From Perkinsela sp. CCAP 1560/9 (taxonomy: Eukaryota; Protista; Euglenozoa: Kinetoplastea): a DNA stretch of 64,000 nucleotides. Positions 33,712-43,592 of this stretch are shown one piece after another. Under the pieces are notes generated by a model that made no database searches, was not told where the DNA came from, and was given only the letters and a program-made list of their open reading frames with translations. The position numbers were made by a program, and so were the translations under genes. The stretch spans positions 3,472,001 to 3,536,000 of the forward strand of contig CBFFSA010000001.1 in assembly GCA_965644495.1 (NCBI GenBank), in the 5' to 3' direction. Position 1 is the first letter of the stretch. The number at the start of each line of letters is the position of its first letter.

Positions 33712-34107
33712 TGAAATTCAACATGGGACGAGGTACGGCCGTATCCTAATGGTAGAATGCTTTTAAAAGTCAGATGCGGCGTTCTTTTTGAAATCACAAG
33801 TACACTCGTGAAACCGTAAAATTTAGTTCATAGTACCCCCCTCTAACAACTAATTATAAATTACCCTGTTGTCAGGATTTATAAATACTTCTTATTTATA
33901 AACAAAAATGAGTCTGCTCGAAAGTTAAAGCAAAACAAGATAACTTATCTGAGCGGCTCGGAGCGGCAAGGCAGTGAAAAATACGAAAATCTGAAATTTT
34001 TTTTCACCGCTTTCACTCTACATGTTAAGCGGGTGCCTCGGTGTACTATGTCTTCATCACGGAAGTAATAACCTCCGTTATCAGACAATTCGGCTATTTC
34101 CATTCTT

Positions 34108-34435
34108 ATTGAGTAATATGCAGCACTATCAGGCCACCACACTCAATGGTACCTTGGGCAGTACACTCATCTAGACCTTCGCCCAAAATTTTATGCACAC
34201 ATTTTTTTGTTCTACCACTGGAGTATGTACATCGCCTGTGACGGATCAATTGAAATATCAAATACAGAACAAATACGTTTCTGTTCTAAATGTGTAGCAA
34301 TGAAAAAAACAGGCATATCTTTCCAAAATGTTCGAACTAAATAGGGGTATAAAATTTTGGGCGAAGGTCTAGATGAGTGTACTGCCCAAGGTACCATTGA
34401 GTGTGGTGGCCTGATAGTGCTGCATATCACTCAAT
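34108..34435. mobile_element. Fold-back element with 87-bp inverted arms
   Basis: 34108-34194 versus 34349-34435: 87 bp with 1 mismatch and a 154-bp spacer. Confidence 0.85.
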
Positions 34436-34549
34436 GGTACGAGTAAGATTGTCCTGCTTCAAGGGACCACGAATACTGAACTGTTCGTTGATTTTTCATA
34501 CGCTAATAATGAAGAATAATGCCACACAATGCTCCTAGCCGCTCAAAAT

Positions 34550-35470
34550 GAGTGGATTACATGGGGATCTGAATTCGCCAGAGATGAACGGGGGAGGAGA
34601 GTTCGCGTCGCAAGTTGACGAAGATCTTCTCTGTTAATGAGATTTGCACGATTTTAGAATGTACAGCCCATTAGGCGCACCTCGGAGCCCCAGAACACAT
34701 ACAGAGAACATCCAAAAAGAACGAGTTTTCCAAAAAGTCGCGCAACTCGATTCACAGGTGTTCTGGAGCTCTAAAGTCAGGTCAAATCGGAATGAGCAAG
34801 CATACCACAAGGTTAAGCCATTCCTTGGTCGACAGCATGCGTAGGCGCATATAGACATCAATCAAGGCACAAGAAAGAGTTCCGCTAGTATTCATTTGAA
34901 GGTACATACTTCGTTTTTATGCATCAGTAAATTGTGTTTTTCGTCTAAAAAATCTTACCTCGAAATTGCAAAAAAACTGTTCACATGTTTTTCTTTACTT
35001 GCATACGATCACACTTTTGTTACAAAGCCGATTGAGTCGGAAGCTCTATGGCAACATATACCTAGTACCCACGCGTACACTACTCTGATATACTACTTCA
35101 ATGCACACGACACCTGGCCACAGGGAAACACCAACAACAAAAAAGTGTCAAACATGTGAACAGTTTTTTTGCATACTGTATGTTCCATTCCGTAGATGTT
35201 CATGAACGGATTATGGTATTTTGCACGCCCATCCATAGTAGCTTCTCCTCTTCAGTGATGATTCTCTCCAAACTTAAAACGTGGGTCAACTGTCTCCACG
35301 AGGAAAGCTGCTCTAAAGCAAATTTTACGGTGTACAAAGGTTTCAATGCAACCCTTGTTTTCCAGATCAGCCGTGAAATCCAGCTTGTCGCATCACGAAC
35401 CGTTACCTCACACTGTGGTTTCTTTATAACCTTGTCTTTAGTCCACTCTTTGATTTTTGAGTTCTTCATG
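34550..35470 (-). pseudogene. Possible highly decayed hAT transposase remnant
   Basis: Minus-strand fragments DATSWISRL (cf. TRWxS), FWK and, across an apparent frameshift, TEKIFVNLRREL...RSSL (cf. the hAT dimerisation motif ERxFS...RxSL). Many stops and frameshifts. Confidence 0.3.
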
Positions 35471-35493
35471 CGGGACTGAAGATTTCCATTATC

Positions 35494-35558
35494 CACTACA
35501 CTTTGTTCCAGGCAGTGGGAGTGAGTTTCGCTCCCACTGCCTGGAACAAAGTGTAGTG
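35494..35558. repeat. Perfect 28-bp-stem hairpin with CACTA...TAGTG ends
   Basis: CACTACACTTTGTTCCAGGCAGTGGGAG, a 9-nt loop, then its exact reverse complement. Confidence 0.9.
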
Positions 35559-35984
35559 AATCAGGATAGGCCGGTGTATTCTCAGTTAAAAAAAATCACG
35601 CCCGAATAAGCGGTGCATGAAAATAAGGAAATAATATGAGAACAGAACCTGCAGTACAATCACTCACTAGATTTCATCGATCATCTCACAGGTCAAAGCA
35701 AAGGGACACTTAATTACGGGACACTTTTGACCCAAAAGGGGGTCCCTTAATTAAGGTGTCCCGTAATTATGTTCCGCACTGTACCTCTAAAATGTGTATC
35801 TCTAAAGAAAACAGTCATACAAGATCACGTGACTTCACGCAAGATCCTATGCGTTAGATACAACCAATTTACTCATTTTATGTAGCTCACATAGTGTACA
35901 TACATAGTGTATGTTGCTCACATGTTACTTTTTTCGCATTTTATCTAATTATTGGACTATTCTTTTTTAAATACCACCTAGACA

Positions 35985-37253
35985 ATGACAAAAGCTGAAT
36001 CATTGCAATGTAGGCAATGCGGATTCTTGCTGTCTTCGGCAAAGAAGGCCGCGGAGCACGCCACCCGCACAGGGCATACTGATTTTTGCGAAACAACTGA
36101 AATCATTCGTCTCGAAAGGTGTGAAGTGTGTAGAAAACCGTGTCAAACTCAGGTAGAAAAAGACATACATTCACGTGCCACAGGGCACACAACCTTTCTT
36201 CCATGCAATTCTTCACGTTCTTTGACGAGCAATCCAAAATCTGCGGCTACGTCCCCCCAGCAGCACGATAGTACTTCAAATCAGATAGTATTAAGCTCCT
36301 CTCTTCACGATGAGCTTCTGAGTATGGGGTATTCTTCAACTCGTTCTATCAATGCCCAATCGGCAGGGAATAACACATTGGAAGGTGCAATTGATTGGAT
36401 TGCTTCTCATGAGAACGATCCAATACTAGATGCAGAGCGTGATAATATATTCTTCGATGATCGTGAATCTCTCAGCAAGGTTGTTACATCCTCTTCTCAG
36501 GGCGACGAAAAGGAGCAAACGAAAAGTGAGATTAGAAATCGCATCCTCAAACAAAAAGAACTAAAGGAAGAAAAGGATCGAATTGATACCAGGGAAAGAG
36601 AAAAGCAGAGAATTCAAATGCAAAAAGCTGTAGCTGAAGCCAAGGAGCGATCTGTTGAAATGAAACGAAAGTTGGTCTATGAAGAAATGCAACGAGATAA
36701 AGCAAATGACATAAAAACACGAGAAAAGATTGTTCTAGATATGGCTATAGAAAGAAAAATGAAAGCAGGCTTAGATCTCCAAACAGCTACGCATGAAGCT
36801 AACAAAGATATTGAGCGGAGAAAAAAATCTTCAATAAGGAAAGAGGAACCGCTTGTGGAATCGAGAGCCGGACTTTCAGATAAAGGACCTGTGGAATGGA
36901 AGTTGTATTCTTCAGACACATCTGAAGATTCATTTCCTATAGAACAAGTCTTTACCGGATCATTTTCGTCTGTGACACGAAGCCATATCGGTAAGTTAGC
37001 ACAAGCCTTAGATACGTTACAACGCACGCAAGTTGCCAAAATTTTGAAGAATATACTGCAGTACCCACTTGAACGTAGGTTTCGTAAATTAAATTGGCGC
37101 AGTCAGGCTTTCAAGGCTCTGATCACTGAGCAGTGCCTATATTTTCTTCAAGCCTGTGGTTTCATAAAAGAACATCATCACTTGAAAATTAAAGCTGTCT
37201 TGTTTGGTCGACTAAGGTACGCCCTTGAATGTCTAGAGGAAGCGGGAATCTGA
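35985..37253 (+). CDS. C2H2-zinc finger / UBA / coiled-coil / PUB-domain protein (p97 cofactor-like)
   Basis: Two CxxC...H..TGH fingers, UBA LLSMGYS...AIDWI, and PUB KILKNILQYP.E.RFRKL...FL.ACGF. Confidence 0.85.
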   Translation: MTKAESLQCRQCGFLLSSAKKAAEHATRTGHTDFCETTEIIRLERCEVCRKPCQTQVEKDIHSRATGHTTFLPCNSSRSLTSNPKSAATSPQQHDSTSNQIVLSSSLHDELLSMGYSSTRSINAQSAGNNTLEGAIDWIASHENDPILDAERDNIFFDDRESLSKVVTSSSQGDEKEQTKSEIRNRILKQKELKEEKDRIDTREREKQRIQMQKAVAEAKERSVEMKRKLVYEEMQRDKANDIKTREKIVLDMAIERKMKAGLDLQTATHEANKDIERRKKSSIRKEEPLVESRAGLSDKGPVEWKLYSSDTSEDSFPIEQVFTGSFSSVTRSHIGKLAQALDTLQRTQVAKILKNILQYPLERRFRKLNWRSQAFKALITEQCLYFLQACGFIKEHHHLKIKAVLFGRLRYALECLEEAGI

Positions 37254-37435
37254 CGCTAATGAAAGCAGGCTGCAAAGATCTGTTTTGATATACCTCAATC
37301 CATCAAGATAGTAGTCTTCTAGTAAATGTGAAAAAGGAAATCTTTTCTATTTCTATATTTTCATGTTTCTCGAGGAGGCTCTATGTTATCATTGTGAACA
37401 CACACGATTTTTCAATATTCCACTCCTTCAATATC

Positions 37436-38128
37436 ATGACATACATGTATGTTGCTGAGGCATGTGATGCTACTCGATTAGGCCGAGTGCGAAGCGCTGC
37501 TCTTCCTCAGGAGTATCTTCTCCATCAAATGGTTGAAAACATCACTAATAAACAATTTAATTGGAATTCCTCTATTCAAGCATGTGAGTGGTCAGGAGTA
37601 GATTGTCGCGACTCGTTGTCGGTAAGTAGTATCCACTGGCATCGATTCGGCATTAGGGGAACCTTAGCCTACGAAAAATTGCCTTCCACGGTCCTAGAAG
37701 TCAATGTCAACGAAAATTTCCTTGTTGGTAGATTGTCTCTCGAATTCTTTCCAGCTCAAGTCACGCTCGGACGTTTTTCTCGAAACCAATACATAGAAAA
37801 TTTTGACTTTACAGTGTTACCAGAGGGAATGGTGCGTCTTGTTCTCACCTGCAATCTCCTCTCCGGAAACCCAGATTTCACGCAACTTCCTTCCTCCCTT
37901 GAATTTATATTTGCTGTTAAAAATCGTTTTCATGGATGTATTGATCTTTCCCAGCTACCTCCTTCCCTTGGTCTCCTGTCCCTGCGAGATAATCTTTTGA
38001 CTGGAATCGTAGATTTGCGTGACCTGAGATCGAAAATTCGTATTGATCTTGTGGAGAATTGTTTTAAAGGGTTCATTCCAAAGGAAGGAGTCCCTGGAGT
38101 CAAAATAAAGCCTCAAAAAAATATGTAG
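37436..38128 (+). CDS. Short leucine-rich-repeat protein (family member 3)
   Basis: RVRSAALPQEYLL...ACEWSGVDC cap followed by LRR repeats. Confidence 0.85.
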   Translation: MTYMYVAEACDATRLGRVRSAALPQEYLLHQMVENITNKQFNWNSSIQACEWSGVDCRDSLSVSSIHWHRFGIRGTLAYEKLPSTVLEVNVNENFLVGRLSLEFFPAQVTLGRFSRNQYIENFDFTVLPEGMVRLVLTCNLLSGNPDFTQLPSSLEFIFAVKNRFHGCIDLSQLPPSLGLLSLRDNLLTGIVDLRDLRSKIRIDLVENCFKGFIPKEGVPGVKIKPQKNM

Positions 38129-38511
38129 ACACTGAAAATATGTAGTACACTGAAGTTTGACTTTTATGATAAATGACTAAACTGTGTACAGTGCACACAA
38201 TTATTAGTGTAATATTAATTCGTAAACCAAAACTTAGTAAATTTTTAATCAGCAAAACATTTTGCAAAAATCAGCCTTTTTCACCGACGCCGCTATTAGG
38301 GCGTGCGCAGAGCGCTTGGTCGGCGTTCGCGGCTTCCAAGGAAACCTCTTTTTCCAAAATGAAATTTAGGGTACGTAGCACCTTCGATGAATTACTCATC
38401 GAAGGTTTCAAAAGCGCTTTTTCAAAAAAAGACGAAAGAAAATTTCGGATTGTAATTTTCGATTTTGTACTTTGTACAAATACTTTCTATTTTCGATTGT
38501 AATTTTCGGAT

Positions 38512-39050
38512 TGTAAAAAGGTTCGGGGAAAGACACAAGCCTCTCGCCACAAGGGGGTTAAGGAAACTTTCCGCAACCTACTAATCCAGTACGGATTCTC
38601 CCCAGACCTAGTCGAACCTAGATTCGATAACGGTCGGGGACCGGACATCTGTTTCCTTTTGGGGCGGAAACTAGTCCTAGTGGACGTGACGGTGGTAAAA
38701 CCACTGGCCCCGTCCTACGTGGATAAGGAGGCAGCTGAGCCCTCCTTCACCGTGAGGCAGGCAGAGCGCCTCAAAAGGCGCACTCACGAGGAAATGGCGG
38801 GGGCCAGGGAGATGGATTTCTTCCCTTTGGCCTTCACCACGTACGGTGTCCCCGGCCCCGAGACCCTCCAGTTTCTAAATCTGGTAGCTCGGAAGGCCAC
38901 CGGCGAGAAGAATGGTTGCCTCAGCCATTTTATCATGGCAATCGGGGTAGCCATCCAAAAGGGGAACGCCCAGATAGCGCATGCCGCGGTACAAAACTGG
39001 TACCGGAGGGGCTTGCGCTAATGGGCTCGGGGGACGACAAAAAAAAAGAA
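38512..39050 (+). mobile_element. 5'-truncated non-LTR retrotransposon with restriction-like endonuclease (CRE/SLACS-like)
   Basis: Open frame from 38512: C...RHKGV...EP...GPDI...VDVTV...AERLK...FFPLAFTTYG...AIQKGNA. Stop at 39021, short 3' UTR, then an A-rich tail. Confidence 0.8.
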
Positions 39051-39069
39051 AGAAACTATCTGGAATTTA

Positions 39070-39260
39070 ATGTCCAACTTTATAGTGCAACTTAAGATTA
39101 CTGTAGAAGACTGTCGCCCCCGAATCTGGCGAAGAGTTCACTTGAAAACTTCCGACTTCCTCGCACATCTACACGAGACCATTCAACGAGCATTAGGCTT
39201 CATTATTCAACGAGCATTTATGGCTGGATTACCATCTCCATTCCTTCATCATCGCAAAGC
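39070..39260 (+). pseudogene. pRiA4b ORF-3 / IS1096 TnpR-like gene fragment, frameshifted
   Basis: QLKITV...PRIWRRV...LAHLHETIQRALG, then WLDYHLHSF in the +1 frame from 39221. The shift coincides with a duplicated ATTCAACGAGCATT. Confidence 0.7.
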
Positions 39261-39872
39261 GCAAATTCTCAATATGGCGAAGAATCCTGATGAAATCCAC
39301 CGATTTCAAGAGGGAGGAGGAGGAGGAAGTGGAAGTGGAGAAGGGACGGAACAAAACGATGAAAAGACAAGACACAAGAAGGCGATGCATAAAATATAGT
39401 CTAAAAGAAAACAAGGGACTACCACCTAATGTCATGAAAGGGAAAATGTTTCAATCATTGTAAAAGAGAACACCCTTGTGCGAAAGTGATTCATTAAAAA
39501 AATCAAGAATTGGTTCTAGCGCAGAGCGCGCAAACATTAATTACGCGCTTAGAATTACCTGGAGAATAACACCGAGGATTTGGAAAACTCTGAGAAAAAT
39601 CACAGAAAATGCTCAGTTACCACGAAGAAAAAATTATGTACAATAAGCCCCAACATTGTTAGATAACGAAAATTCTAACAATGCCCCTGACCTAAAAGGT
39701 ACATTGTGAAAAGTTATGTTCAAAAAACACATAATGCTCGTCGGCCAGACGGACCTCTTAAAACGTATGAATTATCGAAAATAAGAACGTACAATGCACG
39801 TCGGCCAATGCGCAGGAAACAAAGAATGTACAGTATTTGGTAAGTGGTCCTTTAGAGAACAGCAATAAAAAA

Positions 39873-40900
39873 TTACTCATCAGATGAAATATCATCTTCC
39901 TCGCCTGATAAGGCGCACGAGCTAAAGCTCGCCACTTCCAACGCATCAAAGGGATGCTTTCCGTAAGAATCGCGGACACAATTCAAGATGTTAACAAACC
40001 TTTGTTGCCAAGATTCTTGTCGATCAGTGTCCCCGTCCCCGAACTTGACGCACTGCAACGCGGCGTTGCGCTTCAAGTCCATACAGGTGACACGATAATA
40101 GTATTGTTGACGCTTTATCCAGTATTTGATGACTCGATAAGAAGCTTCAGCGTGGTTGGTATGGTAATCCCTGAGATTGACGAACTCTTTGATGTGGTTG
40201 ACAGCGAAATGACGGCAATAATCCTTCATGTGCAAGTACCCGCGCCATTGGTCGGTTACGACAATTGAGCGGGCACTTGTAAGGTGTGGAATGACAAGAT
40301 CCTCTAAGGTTTGGGAATCTCTACGCTCCGCCAACTTCCAGTGAAGGCGCCCCATTTCCCGGTTTCTCACCTCAGTAATTGTCACGAACCACCACCCCAA
40401 CTTTCACAGATTTCCTCGATGGTACTTGCGTTTTCCAATGAAGGTTTCATCGACCTGAATTCGGGAAAAATTATACGTTGTATTTTCCTCAGTAAAGTGC
40501 TGCATTCCCCAAGTAGTGTAGAAATTGGGTAAAAGTTTTCTCGGGAACGCCGCAGTTTCGAGCGATCTGTCCCGTGGCCATGTTATTAGCGATGTCAGCC
40601 CAAATCAATACGAAAGTTTACAGACTAACCTTGGAGCGTGTAGAAAGGTACGGCATGAACTTGCAAATTTTAGCACGGCTAGTGCTAATTTTAGCGCGGC
40701 TAGTGAGAAGATCCGTGTCCTTTACAAGAAGGAGGAGAAAGCAAGCCATGATTACTCATCCAGGTTTCTAGGCGCCTACCCTCTGGAATATCACGCACAC
40801 TTCGCCACGTAAAGACGCATGCGAATCCCATGCATCCAAGGCACAAGGGACCAGGAAGGGGTGTGTCATACCACGTTTGTTGGTAATCCAAGTTATCGTC
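39873..40900 (-). pseudogene. Second, more decayed Merlin/IS1595-family transposase
   Basis: CLGCMGFAC N-terminus, IQVDETFIGKRKYHRG, in-frame TGA at 40404-40406, VTDQWRGY, AVNH, HTNHAE. Further stops and a 21-bp internal duplication. TIRs not resolved. Confidence 0.85.
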
Positions 40901-41585
40901 CTCAGATCTTTGCTGGAGTTCGCCTGAACTTTGATTTGGGGAGTGATTTGGGGAGAACTGTTCTCCAACAAGGACAAAAAGAGACGAAAGAGAAAGGCAC
41001 AAGAATCAAAGTAGGTTTCTGGCTTTCAAAACAATGCGTTTTGAAACAAAGTTTCAAAACAATGCGTAATGTTACCAAAAAAATATGCCTTAAATCTATC
41101 GGTCTAGCCTCCAGACACGTAAACTTTTTCTTAAACTAGGTGTCTCCAAAATAGGAAAACGAATACACAATCCTGCGGAAGTGGCACTAATTTTTGCGAG
41201 CACTGTATAAGCTTCACGTGCAGTAAAACATACTTTTAACATTGCATAAAGGGGGTAGCACGAAAAAATGGAGGGTAATCAACATTCATAAAACTCCACC
41301 AGTTTCGTGAAGTAGCACCGCATTCGAGAGCTCTTGCAGAGTTACGCGTCATCTAAGAGGGGTGGACAGCCGAAATTACGATTACTTGGCGCACCCGGGC
41401 GCACCCGCTGAAGCTAAGCTGTTTCAACGGGCAAAAATACTGGAATACGGGGAAAATACGGGGAATTTTTCGACACCTGTCCATATGGTCTGAGTGTTTC
41501 TTGAGTTTTTAAAATGTTGCTTTCCTTTTGTCGCTACCTCACTAACGTGATGCCTAGGTCGCTCGATGAGGTACGCGCGCTTTTA

Positions 41586-42490
41586 TTAAGCCGAGATGCT
41601 TTTTAATTCCAAAATGTGCACCTTTTCATACATCTTCTGGTGATCATCTTCCAACTTCTTCACTTTGCTTTCGAGGTCATGTACTTGCTGATGTAGAACT
41701 ATAATTTCGTCAGCAGCCTTTTTCGTCTCCGCTTGCGTTCCAAAAACGACCTGCTTAACGTCTCTGTGACGGTCGCGGTGCTTCTTGCTCGCTTCCACCG
41801 CGTCCCCACGCAAACTTCGCCACATAGTGCGAAACCATTCTGCCATGGCTTCTAAGGAGCGAGGAGAATGCTCATATTTCCCACCATAGTACTTCCCAAG
41901 GAAGTCACTCATATCCTTAGCCAACGATTCCACAGGCAAATCTTGTATAACAAGTTTCCATTTCCCTTCTGGACTATTCCATCGCCAAAAATTGTCTCAT
42001 GCTCCTTGACGCCATGAAGTTCAGATTTCATGGCATCTTTGTAGAACATGAGTCCCGTGTCACGGGCCTTTGCCATCATGACCAATGCCTCAAGCAGGAT
42101 AGTCTCATCGATTGGCACTTCAAAAAGCGTCTTTGAGCAGGTTAGAAGCTGCTGGCGACGATTCAACAACCACTCAACGCAAGTATCCAATATGTTCTCC
42201 TCCATGCGTTCCATCATTTCCGGCGCAGGAAGACGTGTGTCTGCATACTTGATCCTGTTCTTTTCTATATCAGAAAGGCCAGCAAATTTTAAGTTTACAA
42301 TTTCTTTTCGTGTTAAAGGAACAATCATAGTTTCGCGTAACTTGTGGCCTACCCACTTGCGTAAACGGTCATAAGTGGGTGAAGAAGAGCTGGCATACTT
42401 GTCTTCAAGGAACACAGTGTCGTCAGGTGGAAGACCCATCAAAAGATTTGCAAGCTTAAAGTAAATTTTGGAACTAATTTTTTTCATCAA
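41586..42490 (-). pseudogene. Unknown antisense gene split by a frameshift (probable TE cargo)
   Basis: Two overlapping minus-strand ORFs (193 and 117 aa) with protein-like composition, joinable near 41960. C-terminal coiled coil. Confidence 0.5.
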
Positions 42491-42684
42491 AATTTTATGT
42501 CACTAAAAGTAACGGGAACGTGTACATCTCAAAATTCTGAACTGATAAGAGGGAGTATAAAACTGCTCAACTCCTGAATATCTAGGAGTGATCTTTTTCG
42601 GGGCACTGCATTTTTACCTTGAGCCGCACCCGACCGCACCCGACCGCACCGAGCCCGGTTCACCCTTCTAATAATGCAGAAATA

Positions 42685-43588
42685 CAGGGGTGCAAATCAG
42701 ATGCTAGGGGGGGGTCTAAAATTAGCAATGTTTGCGCAATTTTCGAAAATAATAGCGCATTCGAGAGCTCTCGCAGAGATCTATGTTTTGCCGCTATTAT
42801 CACGTTAAAAGAAAACAAATTTGAAAAAGATATTTTTTTTAAAGGTTTTTTACCCCCCGAAAAGTTGCAGATTTTCCAATTTTTGCAGTTTTTTCCGTGT
42901 TTTTTTGTTTTTCAGCTCACTATTATGCCGCAAAAGCGATCCCGCTCTAAGCAAAACAGTAAAAGCTTATCTGATAGATCACATGAACCCCCGGGGCACA
43001 CAAAATATTCACACATGATGCTTCTCGTTAAAGATTACGAGAATACAAACTCTTACAGTGCCACTTGCCAAAGACAAGGCGTCCACGACAGCATGTTAAG
43101 TTGTGGGTTAAGCGATTTGAGGAAACCGGGGATGTTCTATTGAAAAGGCGGTTGATTACATTAAAACAGATGGTCATGACATGCTCATAAACACTTTAAC
43201 AGCATGCCGCGGCGTTTCGACATAGTAGTAGAAAAAAGGGGGAAACTTGTAATTATTGAACGTGCAAAAATTTTCATTCATTTTTTGCATTTTGACGTTT
43301 TTGGGCTTCTCCTCAGTTGACCACCCCCTTACGCCCCTGGAAGCCGCCTATCCAAATCCAATGGCTTCAAAGCCACGGGCTTGTCACGAGAAGGGTTTTC
43401 TGTGGAAAAAGGACACACTCATCACCAAAAGAAATGGAATTAGAGGATAGTGTGTGGCACTGTACTAAGAAATGCAAGGGTAGATTTCTAGATAGGGTGT
43501 AAAGCAATTTTTTTTCAAAAAAGGCGAATTTTGCTTTACTTTAACCCTAATTTTAGACCCCCCCCCCAGCATCTGATTTGCACCCCTG
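42685..43588 (+). mobile_element. Tc1/mariner-type element (deleted derivative)
   Basis: About 41-bp TIRs CAGGGGTGCAAATCAGATGCT(G)nTCTAAAATTAG, TA on both sides, and an HTH remnant (LWVKRFEETGDV, from 43101). Confidence 0.85.
43317..43546 (+). mobile_element. Merlin fragment (transposase N-terminus plus one TIR) inside the Tc1 element
   Basis: QWLQSHGLV...C..R.H...WHCTKKCKG is homologous to the 6080-7332 Merlin. The end AAAAGGCGAATTTTGCTTTACTTTAACC matches that Merlin's TIR. Confidence 0.75.
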
Positions 43589-43592
43589 TATA

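Noticed and set aside
40404-40406. In-frame TGA in a transposase suggesting stop-codon reassignment
   Set aside because: TAA, TAG and TGA all terminate conserved host genes here, and this copy carries several other lesions.
39690-41100. Candidate TIRs for the second Merlin (GGTACATT at about 39698, AATGTTACC/AAAAATATGCC at about 41070-41090)
   Set aside because: Similarity too short and no matching TSD.
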